Assembly (NCBI GenBank): GCA_964648855.1
Contig: CAZYLT010000008.1
Location: forward strand, 60,001-92,000
Length of the DNA: 32,000 nucleotides
Direction: 5' to 3'
Source: an uncultured archaeon
GTDB lineage: Archaea; Asgardarchaeota; Thorarchaeia; Thorarchaeales; Thorarchaeaceae
Numbering within the stretch: position 1 is the stretch's first letter; every line of letters begins with the position of its first letter. The notes beneath the pieces are model-generated. The model was not told the origin of the DNA. It was given only the letters and a program-made list of their open reading frames with translations, and ran no database searches. The position numbers were made by a program, and so were the translations under genes. Of this stretch, positions 16,009 to 26,700 are shown piece after piece.

Positions 16009-19000
16009 ATGAAAAAATCAGGCTCAATCTATGTACTAGTTTCTATTATGGTCATTCTAATGCTTGGATCCTTCATGGTGCCATCTTATTCTTCTAGCTC
16101 CGGTGACCGAGACAATACGGCGGTCATCGGTGAAAGAATGGTGGATGTTGGCGGGGAGAAGATTCCACTTGCGCCTGATGAATCACTCTACGTTTACACA
16201 CTATCCCAAGCACCTGATACCTATTCCGGAGCTGCAACAGCTCAAAATGCTTCAGAACACGGAGTCCGCGTGGACTCGTTCAATGATGTTTCCCTGCAAT
16301 ACGACTCATCAACTAGCTCAACGTCCAGTGAAGTCGCTCAAGTTCCTATGGGGGCTCAATGGCAAAGTACAGAGCTGTTCGTGAATGTATCAAATCTGCA
16401 GGAAAATAGGACATGGTTGGAGAATCCTGGCTTTGATTCAACAGATAACTGGACTACAGGTACGGATGATGTTGGTATCTATTCAAACTCAATAACTTCA
16501 CAGATAACAAATGGATACGCTCAGTTCACTATGCTTGGTGAATACTCCAACAACTACTACAGATTCGATGAGGGTGATAGAGCATATGTTGAACAGGACA
16601 TATCGGTCAATAGGGGCGAAGTCACTTGGACGGGGGTATCCGTAGATTACTGGGTCTATGACGATTGGGGAAACCCGCCTATTGGCTTCTGGGAGTTATA
16701 TGTGCAAGTTGGAAGTGATGATGTTGTTTCAAACCATCTATGGGATATCCAATTCAGCGACGTCCAGAGTATCAGTACTTGGTATTCTAGCGGACTTGTT
16801 GAGGCCGATCACAACTTGATTGACCTGCCCAATCTAACAATTCAAGCCGGAATGCGTACAACCCGAACATTCGGTGCCAGGCCCCGTCTTTATCCTGAAG
16901 TCCGTCTGGATAATATCCGTGTCTTCATAAAAGCCAGAGCTACACCAACTGATGTTAACCTTCAGATGAATGGCTTAGACGTTCTTGACGTTGATAACGG
17001 AACTGATACGTTGTGGAGTTTGGGTCAAGTGACGCAGGACCCAACACTACCTTGGACTTCAAGTCCAGTAGATGCGAATTTCACTTGGACACCAACTCCC
17101 TCCCCTCCAAGTCCTGATATCGACATATTCGTGACATTCGATGCTGAAATCACACTCACTGCGGAAAAACTGAACAAACCCACTCTATATCAGGCCGAAG
17201 TCGGCAGTTACGGGGAACATTTTGAGGTTCAAAATGCCTCCCATGTGGACTGGTTGTCGTATTACTATGTTGCCGTGCCAAATGGCTATTCCGACCTCTT
17301 TCACTTCAATGTCACAAATCCTACCGGACGCATAGTTGATGCTGTTGGTGAACCTACAGAACCTGGTGAGAATTTCCCATATTGGAGTGTTGTCGATGGC
17401 TATCTGAACATTTCAGTCTATGAAGGCGTCACGGGTTCTAATCAAAATGGGTTCTGGAAGATTGATTCTCATTCGTCAAATATGATATCTGACCTTAGGA
17501 TGTTGTCTGGTGCAAGCTGGGAAACTACGTCGGTCTATCGAGCTGATAATACCATTCGGTTAAGGGCGCAACTCGATAGCACCTATTCGGGGTGTACTGT
17601 AACCTATTACCTCTACAATACGACCGGAGATATATGGACGACAACAACTGCAGTAGTAGATGGTTCTGGTTATGCTGAGAGTTCGGATATCATCCTTGAT
17701 GCAGTAGATGCAGAAGTTGGTCATTGGACTGTACAAGCAATAGTCAATGATTCTATTTCTGGAAGCCCAATTGATAATATTGGAATGTACTCTCGGAATT
17801 TCAGAATCCAACACTCTACGCAAATGAGCCTAACTTATCCAAAGGACTCGGAAAGCACATGGACGAAAAATCTGACACTCGGTCAGGAGATGCTCCTACA
17901 AGTTAGAGTAAACGATTCTGATAATGCTGATTTATTGCCTGGAGGGTCAACCACATATAACTGGACTACAGGCACACAGCCTCTAAACGACATGGGCACC
18001 GGTGAATATAGCGTCGTGCTAGAGACCTCTGACCTGCCAAGAAGAGGTAGTTATCACATTATCATCACATGGTCATTGCAGCATTATGACCCATTATCGA
18101 GAATATTCACAATCAATATTGTTGAAGAAACCTCTCTCTATTCTCCAGATGCTCCTAGTGTTGAAACTCCGCTAGGTTCCAATGCAACCATTGAAGTAGT
18201 ATTCAATGATCAAGATAATGCTGGAATAACCGATGCCACGATCATATGTAATTGGACAGATGGGCAATACTCCGTTAGCCCAGTGGCAGGTACCCCTGGT
18301 CATTATCTACTCAACCTATCTACATCTACAGCGACGATTGACACCTACGCGATTATCATTACTGCAATAGCCGATTATTATATCACATCTCAAACTACGG
18401 TATTCTTGGAGGTTAGACAGCTCTTCACCTCAGTTGCTGTATCTTCGAGCTATCTACCTTTGCCTGTAGGGACCCAAGGTTCCATAACACTGACCTATAC
18501 GGATACCGATCATAATGAACCGATAACAGGGGCTGCCAGCGCTATATCTTGCAATTGGTCTGATTACCATGCTAAAGGAGATTCGAATTACACCGTGACT
18601 GAAATAAGTCCGGGTGAATACAGAATTGACTTCTTCTCAGTGGAAACCGATTTCATAGGTACTCACCCTGTTAAATTTCAAGTGAGGAAATACGGCGCTC
18701 AAAATCATACATTCACAATAGAGGTTGATGTTCAGTCTCACCTGACGACATTTTCGTTGACAAATCCAATTGAGCCGACCGCCTATACAGGCACTATAAC
18801 AATTACAGTCAGTTATTATGACGTGACACTAGAAACAGGAATTGAGAACGGAACTGCTAACGGACATAACGTGCTAATTTACGTTGTAGCGCCGGAACTT
18901 CCGAGCATCCAATATGTGGTTTATAATGGCACGGTTCTTGGCGAATATATTATAGAGATTGCTGCGGACCAGTGGGGTTCTATCGGTCGGAAGGATCTTG

Positions 19001-22000
19001 AGATTTTCGCCAATTGGACAGGGTCAGTCGAGAAATATGGAAATGGAACCATCTCAACTAGTGTCCGAATATCTGACACACCAGCAACTTTGTTCATTGG
19101 CGATAATCCGGTTTCAACGCCATATGGAGAAAACATCACATTCACTGTTTTCTATTGGGATGTTGCGGCCGATACTGGCATCGTAAATTCAACCGGCCCT
19201 TACGCATTCAATGTGAGCATGTATGTCGTTGTATTGAGTAGTGGTCATGAGCTCAATACATCGTTGATTGTCGTGACGGAAATTGGTTCCGGAGAGTATG
19301 AAATCAAATTCAGTACCTACTATCTGTCAGGAATCACAACATGTGATTTACGAGTCTACGCAAACTGGACGAAAGGAGAATTGCCACTATATTCAAATGC
19401 ATCTCTCTCAGTAACTGTTCGAACAATATACCGTCAAACCTCGATTGAGTACACTCCACTGCCCATTGTTGCCTATGACGAACCTGTAAACTTCACATTC
19501 AGCTACAATGACGTTCTAAGTAGTTCAAGAATAGAAAACAGCTCTACCATAGAAATATCTGTTTCAGAAGATGGAGTGGTGCTGGACACGTACTACCTGG
19601 AAACAAGCGTACTTTTTGTCTTAAGTATCGATACCACCTATTGGGGAAACGTTGGGACATTCGAGTTTCATCTTAATGTAATCTGGAGTGGATCTCCCTT
19701 CTATCAAAATAGAACCGGAGTTGCAATAACCATAGAGCTGAGGTATAGGTACACTTCGCTTACTCATGGAAGCTATGACTCTGTTCAATATCGCAACAAT
19801 TTAACGCTGGACTTTTTCTATACAGACTTGGATGATAATTCCTTATCGGGAATGGATGGTTCTCAGCTTACACTTGATTCATGGTTGAGTGACTACTACA
19901 CGGTTCATGATAACGGTGATGGCACATATACCATTGAACTAAATACCACTGCCTTTGGATCACTTGGAGTCTATAGAGTAAATGCTACTATCATCTATGG
20001 CGGTAATCGCTTTGCTGCCAATGCCTCTGATTACTTTTATCTCACTGTGACCCGAAGACGTACCCAGTTAACCAGCGATTTACCCGACTTAGCCCCATTC
20101 CTGACACAGGCTAACATCACGATTCAGTATATTGATGATAACAATGGATTTGGCATCGATAATGCCAGTGTTTTCATCTCATCGGAAACCTCAGCTGAAA
20201 CCCTAGAAAAAGATGTCAATTATTGGATTGATTCTCTCGGTGACGGGAACTACAAAATACGGATTTCAACAGAAGCATTAGGGACATTTGGCTCCTATGC
20301 TATTGATATCATCGTGAACTATACTGGTACTCCGTTCTTTGCTCAGAAATCAACTACTGTTGATATTGAGGTTTCTCGGCGCCCACTTGAATTATCTGTG
20401 TCGGAATCACCACTTAATACTGCATATCTACAGAATGTTTCATTTGAGATTACAGTCATTGACTCTCTTGTCGAGGTTCTAGTCAGCATCAACAAGAGCC
20501 AACTTGTCTTGAAACACGGTTCAGATATTCTCTTACTGGATTCTGAATATGTTCTCACTGGTAGCTCAGGAGTGTACATTATCTCAATAAACTCAACAAT
20601 TCTGGTTTCTGAACTCGTTCAAGGTTATCCGCTATTTGTTGAGATTCAATGGGGCGATGAAGCTCCCTTCTATTCCAATGCGAGTGCATCCACTGAAGTT
20701 GCTATCACTGCACGGTTCACCCAAGCATCTATACTCTCAACACCGCCTGCATTCATCAATTTCAATGGAACTGCAATAATAGAATACACAGATTACCTCA
20801 GTGGCGATCCCATCACAGGAGCTCAGATTTCAGTTTCATGTGAGAATGTTTCTTCGTTTGGTCATTGGATAACAGATATGCAAGATGGAACGTATGAAAT
20901 CATCATAAACACAACCGATCTGAGCGAGTTGGGTAAATACATCTTCTTAGTGAATGTCACGTATTTGGGTACGCCATTCTATGCCAACTTGACTTCTATT
21001 CAGTTCAGCTTGACGGTGAATCCTGTTTCGACGACACTGACTCTGGATCTAGAACCCGGCAGTACGTACTTCACTGGTGATACGATTATTGTGAACATTT
21101 CATATACAGACATATCTCAAGGAATCGGGATAGAGTACGCGGCCGTTGGTACCGACTGGGGATTAGTAGTTGGGAATCCATATTCCTTAACAGAAATTGG
21201 AAACGGCTTATATCAGCTAACACTAGAAACATCAGGCCTATCCGCCCAATCGTATTCATTCTCAATAAACGCGTCCAAATACCTCCATGTTAACAGAACA
21301 GTGGCTGTGGAGTTGCTTCTCTCACCAACGCCTATCTCAATTGATTTCGATTTGACTCCAATCGACCCTGTTTGGGGAGATGAAATAGAGTTTGTAGCGA
21401 ACATTACGGATAGTCGCGATGACAGTGCTGTACTCGGTGGAAGTGTGAATATAACGCTGAGTGGCATTGTCTATGAGTTACTGGAATTAGGTGATGGTCT
21501 CTACGGGAGAAACATAACCTCGTCTGTAGTCAGCGCTGGTGAATACACAGTCACCGTTGCATTTGAGCTGGAAGACCATGAATCTAGAAGCCGTGACTTC
21601 TCAATCAGAATTGCAAAGGCAGCAGCAACTCTATCTCCGGATATTGCTTCATTAATAGCCGTCAATGGACAGAATTTGACAATAACCGCGGAGTATCTTG
21701 TAACCGAAAATGGCACCTCCATTGCAGTCGGCACCATCACCTTCAGTTGGACATATGGTCAAGGTACATTGAGTTGGAACGATACTCAGAATCAATACAT
21801 TGGACATTTTGTTGTATCAGACGTTCCTGCTGGAAATTATCTAATTGTTGTAAGTGCAAAGTCTGCGAATTACAAATCCCTCACTACTTCTCTAAACATA
21901 GAGATTCGTGAGGTGACAACTCAAATAGTATCTGTCGAAGACACAACAGTTGTTTCAGGCATTATTGGAGATGTAGTATCAATATACGTATATCTCAACA

Positions 22001-23775
22001 ATACTGACCTCTCCCTACCTGTTGTTGGTGCTACGCTTTCCTTCTCTATCAGTGATATGACCGGCAATCTAACCGAAACTAGTGACGGATACTACAGGGC
22101 CGATGTAAATACAACAGGCCTGGACCTCAGAACATGGACTCTTACTATCTTTGGGTCGAAGCCAGGCTACACTACGTCATCACTCGATTTTACTTTGGAC
22201 CTTGATCCAATCCCCACAAAGATATTGGTTGTGGGGGATGTCTTGCAAGAAGCCTATTATGGTGAAAATGTAACCCTCTATCTATTTCTCAATGATACCC
22301 ATAATGCTGTGGGTGTGTCCAACGCAACGAGCACATTCCAGCTCGAGGATACAGTGGGAATTCTCTATGAATTAGGAAATGGTAACTATTCGCTTGTTGT
22401 TAATACTAGTGTCGTTAGCGCAGGACTGATACCATATGATGTCACCATCACTCTTGCAAAGAGTAGGTACAAACAAGCACAAACTCAAGTCAAGCTCTTG
22501 GTCAATCCTATTAGTACTGAAGTTATGGGTACCCAAGAAAGGGTCGTTCCGGTTGGTGATGACTACTCGCTCATATTCACCTTCAATGATATGCTGAATG
22601 ACATACTAATAGATGACGCTTCTTCGAGTGCAATTTGGGAATTCGGAAGCCTTAGCTTGACCAATCTCGGAAATGGATCATACCGGTTTGGTCCTAACGA
22701 AACCAATCTTACTCGTCTTGAGATTCGAAATCAACCATATGTTGTTCGGATTATTCTCACGAAGGGCAATTACAGCACCGGACAACTTGTTGTGGAAATT
22801 ACAATTAGGTCTATTCTCACCGAGTTGCGGTGGGATGTACATCCCAGCGTAATATACTCAGGAGAGCCATTTTCGATTACGGTGACATATTGGGATTTGG
22901 ACCACAATACGGCTGTTATTGATGCATCGAATGCGACATCCATTATTACATCAGCGGGTCTTGGACTAACGCGGCTAGAAGATGAGGAAATCGATTATGG
23001 CAATGGAACCTATGTTTTCAAATTCGTACCTGGTCAACCTGCCCTCTACAACCTCGCAATAACTCTTGATAAGAGGGATTATCAGTCCAGCACTGTTTCA
23101 ATCCCCATCTATTCAGAGATTAGTCCAGAACAAGCGTTGTTGGTCCAGACATTCTTTAATGGTACTCTTATTCTCCTTGTTGTCGCTGCTTTAGCAGCTT
23201 TATACTTCAAAGTGCTGTCGGTTCCCAAGCTTCTTCGAAAACTCAGGTCGATGGTTTCAACCCTTGAAAAGGGAACAATTCCCGAGAGAGCAGATGTTAA
23301 TGATCGTAGAACGATGCTACTGAAAACCATGAACGACAACTTGGAACCATTAGGAATAAGGAAAGTCATGGGTGATGTAGCACCATCAACGCTGGATGTC
23401 AGCATTCTGGACGTTGAGGCACTTCTTGATGAGCTCGCGATTGTTATTGGCCTCACTGCAGATGACCTTACTGTCTTGCGAGATGACCTAGAACAGATGG
23501 CACCGAGTGAACGCGCCGGATTCATTAGTGAGGTGCTAAGACAAGAGAAGTCCCGACGTGCAAAAGAAATTGCAGAAACAGCGCGAGAAGAAGACCTTGT
23601 ATACGAGATGGCTCCTGGGAAGCTCACAGAAGAGGAACTGGATGACATCAGAAGCAAGCTCATGAAAATGGGAATTGAGAAGGACGAAGTGGAATTGATG
23701 GTTGAACAGGCACGCGGCTTGACAAAGCCCGAAATACAAGCGCTTTTGGACCAACTTGGAGGTGATGAAGAGTGA
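16009..23775 (+). CDS. Giant type-I membrane surface protein A (~2,588 aa): signal peptide, CBM-like head, 17 Ig-like repeats, TM, cytoplasmic tail
   Basis: GGAGGA RBS (15995-16000) before ATG 16009. MKK plus a hydrophobic N-terminus, T/S/V/I/Y-rich repeats with many N-x-S/T sequons, TM ~23152-23208 followed by a K/R-rich segment. Confidence 0.9.
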   Translation: MKKSGSIYVLVSIMVILMLGSFMVPSYSSSSGDRDNTAVIGERMVDVGGEKIPLAPDESLYVYTLSQAPDTYSGAATAQNASEHGVRVDSFNDVSLQYDSSTSSTSSEVAQVPMGAQWQSTELFVNVSNLQENRTWLENPGFDSTDNWTTGTDDVGIYSNSITSQITNGYAQFTMLGEYSNNYYRFDEGDRAYVEQDISVNRGEVTWTGVSVDYWVYDDWGNPPIGFWELYVQVGSDDVVSNHLWDIQFSDVQSISTWYSSGLVEADHNLIDLPNLTIQAGMRTTRTFGARPRLYPEVRLDNIRVFIKARATPTDVNLQMNGLDVLDVDNGTDTLWSLGQVTQDPTLPWTSSPVDANFTWTPTPSPPSPDIDIFVTFDAEITLTAEKLNKPTLYQAEVGSYGEHFEVQNASHVDWLSYYYVAVPNGYSDLFHFNVTNPTGRIVDAVGEPTEPGENFPYWSVVDGYLNISVYEGVTGSNQNGFWKIDSHSSNMISDLRMLSGASWETTSVYRADNTIRLRAQLDSTYSGCTVTYYLYNTTGDIWTTTTAVVDGSGYAESSDIILDAVDAEVGHWTVQAIVNDSISGSPIDNIGMYSRNFRIQHSTQMSLTYPKDSESTWTKNLTLGQEMLLQVRVNDSDNADLLPGGSTTYNWTTGTQPLNDMGTGEYSVVLETSDLPRRGSYHIIITWSLQHYDPLSRIFTINIVEETSLYSPDAPSVETPLGSNATIEVVFNDQDNAGITDATIICNWTDGQYSVSPVAGTPGHYLLNLSTSTATIDTYAIIITAIADYYITSQTTVFLEVRQLFTSVAVSSSYLPLPVGTQGSITLTYTDTDHNEPITGAASAISCNWSDYHAKGDSNYTVTEISPGEYRIDFFSVETDFIGTHPVKFQVRKYGAQNHTFTIEVDVQSHLTTFSLTNPIEPTAYTGTITITVSYYDVTLETGIENGTANGHNVLIYVVAPELPSIQYVVYNGTVLGEYIIEIAADQWGSIGRKDLEIFANWTGSVEKYGNGTISTSVRISDTPATLFIGDNPVSTPYGENITFTVFYWDVAADTGIVNSTGPYAFNVSMYVVVLSSGHELNTSLIVVTEIGSGEYEIKFSTYYLSGITTCDLRVYANWTKGELPLYSNASLSVTVRTIYRQTSIEYTPLPIVAYDEPVNFTFSYNDVLSSSRIENSSTIEISVSEDGVVLDTYYLETSVLFVLSIDTTYWGNVGTFEFHLNVIWSGSPFYQNRTGVAITIELRYRYTSLTHGSYDSVQYRNNLTLDFFYTDLDDNSLSGMDGSQLTLDSWLSDYYTVHDNGDGTYTIELNTTAFGSLGVYRVNATIIYGGNRFAANASDYFYLTVTRRRTQLTSDLPDLAPFLTQANITIQYIDDNNGFGIDNASVFISSETSAETLEKDVNYWIDSLGDGNYKIRISTEALGTFGSYAIDIIVNYTGTPFFAQKSTTVDIEVSRRPLELSVSESPLNTAYLQNVSFEITVIDSLVEVLVSINKSQLVLKHGSDILLLDSEYVLTGSSGVYIISINSTILVSELVQGYPLFVEIQWGDEAPFYSNASASTEVAITARFTQASILSTPPAFINFNGTAIIEYTDYLSGDPITGAQISVSCENVSSFGHWITDMQDGTYEIIINTTDLSELGKYIFLVNVTYLGTPFYANLTSIQFSLTVNPVSTTLTLDLEPGSTYFTGDTIIVNISYTDISQGIGIEYAAVGTDWGLVVGNPYSLTEIGNGLYQLTLETSGLSAQSYSFSINASKYLHVNRTVAVELLLSPTPISIDFDLTPIDPVWGDEIEFVANITDSRDDSAVLGGSVNITLSGIVYELLELGDGLYGRNITSSVVSAGEYTVTVAFELEDHESRSRDFSIRIAKAAATLSPDIASLIAVNGQNLTITAEYLVTENGTSIAVGTITFSWTYGQGTLSWNDTQNQYIGHFVVSDVPAGNYLIVVSAKSANYKSLTTSLNIEIREVTTQIVSVEDTTVVSGIIGDVVSIYVYLNNTDLSLPVVGATLSFSISDMTGNLTETSDGYYRADVNTTGLDLRTWTLTIFGSKPGYTTSSLDFTLDLDPIPTKILVVGDVLQEAYYGENVTLYLFLNDTHNAVGVSNATSTFQLEDTVGILYELGNGNYSLVVNTSVVSAGLIPYDVTITLAKSRYKQAQTQVKLLVNPISTEVMGTQERVVPVGDDYSLIFTFNDMLNDILIDDASSSAIWEFGSLSLTNLGNGSYRFGPNETNLTRLEIRNQPYVVRIILTKGNYSTGQLVVEITIRSILTELRWDVHPSVIYSGEPFSITVTYWDLDHNTAVIDASNATSIITSAGLGLTRLEDEEIDYGNGTYVFKFVPGQPALYNLAITLDKRDYQSSTVSIPIYSEISPEQALLVQTFFNGTLILLVVAALAALYFKVLSVPKLLRKLRSMVSTLEKGTIPERADVNDRRTMLLKTMNDNLEPLGIRKVMGDVAPSTLDVSILDVEALLDELAIVIGLTADDLTVLRDDLEQMAPSERAGFISEVLRQEKSRRAKEIAETAREEDLVYEMAPGKLTEEELDDIRSKLMKMGIEKDEVELMVEQARGLTKPEIQALLDQLGGDEE
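17812..23118 (+). repeat. 17 tandem ~95-115-aa Ig-like beta-sandwich repeats in protein A (protein level)
   Basis: Recurring pattern Y.D....I..A...(W)...E/D.G.G.Y...(N)T..L..G.Y...I.....Y, counted by eye. No nucleotide-level tandem identity was noticed. Confidence 0.8.
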
Positions 23776-26700
23776 ATAGGAAGGCACTTATCGTTTCATA
23801 TGTCCTTGCGGCAATACTAATACTGCCTATATTCAGCTCTATAGTGACCATTTCGGGACAAAGTGGTAATATGAGCGGACTTCCAAGCCATGATTTTACA
23901 GGAGACAAGGGGGATACGCCTCCGCAATTTGAAACCAACAAATACCCGACACTATCAGGAGCTTTATCCTCGTGGGAAGGCACTTCGTCGGGTCTACCTG
24001 TAAGCGAATATGGAAATAGAACTGATACATTCGATGACAATCAGATGATATACAGTAGTTCTAGCCAAACGACTACAAATACCTCAGTAGATATTCCTTT
24101 GGGTAATGGCTGGGAAGGTCACAACATCTTTCTATCCGTGAATGACCTGACCGAGAATCGAACATGGGTACAGGACCCCGACATGGAAAACTCACCTTCT
24201 TCATGGACGCTGACTGATGTTACTGGTGATGCCTCATGGCTTAGTGACGGACATGGAACTAATGACGATTCAGCGCAATTCAGCTATAATGGCGATCCCA
24301 ACGAGGGCAAAATAGCATACGTTTCACAAGACATGAGCGTCCCTCGTGGAGATGTTGTTTGGGCAGGATTACGTCTTGACTATTGGATTGATTCAGCATG
24401 GTCGGATGGAGATGGATTTGTAGCAATCTATGTGACTGTTGAAACCAGCAACTTCAACCAGCGAGTCTGGCAGAAATCATTCAATGATGTTGATCAAGCG
24501 CAAACATGGTTTGACAGCGGATTAATTGAGATCGATGACCTGACGCTGTTTGATCTTTCAGATGATGTCTACATTGAGGTTGGACTGTATAGTCAACAAA
24601 CAGTAAACTACAGTCCCGACCTCGACCCAGAGGCTCGAGTTGATAATGTTGAGCTTTACTTGAAAACCCTTGCAGCCCCAACTAATGTGAATCTGAAGGC
24701 GGAAGGCTACGACGTAAACAATTACACCGTTGGCGGAACGACTCTATATGGAATAGGCAATTTGTCATACACACCATCCAGTACTTGGACATCCAGTCCG
24801 GTTTCCATAGAGTTCAGCTGGACCCCCAATCCTCTTCCTCCAAGCCCGAATAGAACTATTCTGGTTGACTTCACTGCTACGACTGACCTTTATGCTCGAG
24901 CGAGCAATATGACTGTTTCAACTCAAGACCCGACGGCATACGGTGAAACGTTCCACGTTACAAACGCTACCGATGTGGAATATCAAACCTGGCACTACGC
25001 TGATATCCCCGATGGTTATGATAATAGATACGATTTCAATCTGACATTGCCAGAAGGGCGTGATGTAAACTATGTAGGCTCTCCCCTATTAACGACAGAA
25101 AACATAAGTACATGGAGCGAAGGCGAGTGGTGGGCAAGGATTCCTGCATATGACTATGCTGACAGGTGGGGCTACTGGCTCATTCGAAGCCGTGCACCAA
25201 ATGGGGTTCAAAACATCTTGATGCAACATCAAGGTACTGGAACAACTGCCCAGAGTATCGATATGAGGGCTAACGACCAGTCAAGCTTCATCACTGTGCA
25301 TGATTCTGCATTCGCAGGTCACATTGTGAACATAACCGTTTTTGACCCAACTGGGTTTCCGTGGTATTCTGAGCTATCCACTATCAATAGCACAGGCTAT
25401 GCCGAGACCTCGGCTCTTACTTTTGGTACAAACGCTAGTGCTGGGGGATGGCAGGTACAGGCAACTCTAAACAACAGTCTAAGCGGCAGCGCATGGAACA
25501 AAACCGGCTTTTTTGTGAGGGCATTTAACGTGATTCATGCTTCAACTGCGACCCTGCTCAGTCCTGCAGATGCCGTGTCCACTTGGATTGCCAATGTCAC
25601 CTATCCGGATTTGTTCCTGGTGCGGATTTTGGTAAACGATACGGATATTCCTGGAGTCACTGTGCCAGGAGGCAGCATGACATACAATTGGACAGACGGG
25701 ATAAATGAGTTTGGGGACAATGGCGATGGCGAATATATCGTCACATTGGACTCGACCGATTTGGGTGCGAAAGGGCAGTATACTATCGACATTCAATGGA
25801 ATCATCCCAATTTTGATTCAATTACTGAAACCCTTACAGTGAACCTAAATCTGGATGGGAGTCTTGTAATTGTTTCTCCTGATTCACCTTCACAAGATGG
25901 TCCGATTGGAGATAATCAGACATTCAGAATCCGATTCGAGGACTACTTCGGACCTGGGATTGATGATGGACAACTCTCAACGAACTGGAGCAATCCATAC
26001 TATATCACTGAAGTCAGTGGAAGCCCTGGCACTTTCGATATCGCCTTCGCCACAACTGGTATGGAACTCGATGAATACGTTGTGAATCTAACTGCCACAG
26101 CGGATTTCATTCTTCCTCAAAGCCGTCTTCTCTATGTTACGGTAAGAGAACTCTATACCAAAGCAACATATCTACAAAACGTTCTGGATATTCCAGTTGG
26201 CGAGGCACGGTCATTTACTATAGAATGGTCAGATGTAGACCATGACGAACCCATGACTGGGATGAATAACTCAATTATATCGAACTGGAGCCTCAACCAC
26301 GTACAAGGTGACATGAATTACACCGTTGAAGAAGTCAGTCCTGGGTCCTACAATGTGACTATTTACACCGTTGACAGTGACACATTAGCAACGTATCCCG
26401 TACGATTCGATTTGACTGGATATCAAATACAAAATCAGACTTTTGTCATTGATGTGGTCGTCAAAGAGCACAAGACCGTGTTCCTACTCGATGAGCCTGT
26501 TCAACAGACTGATCATGGCAATGATATTATCATCCTTGTATTCTTTGAGGACACTGACTTGGATATTGGTGTTTCAAATGATACCGGCGACATCATCATC
26601 ACTGTGGAAACTCCCGAATTGCCTTCTGTCACATTCTCAGTAACCGACTCGCTTCTCGGCACCGGGCATTACAATATCTCCATAGATAGTACACAATGGT

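Noticed and set aside
23109-23663. 184-aa antisense ORF over the tail of gene A, mirrored by a 207-aa antisense ORF (30761-31384) over the tail of gene B
   Set aside because: Ser-rich shadow translations of Glu/Asp-rich sense codons. Their recurrence is explained by sense-strand paralogy.
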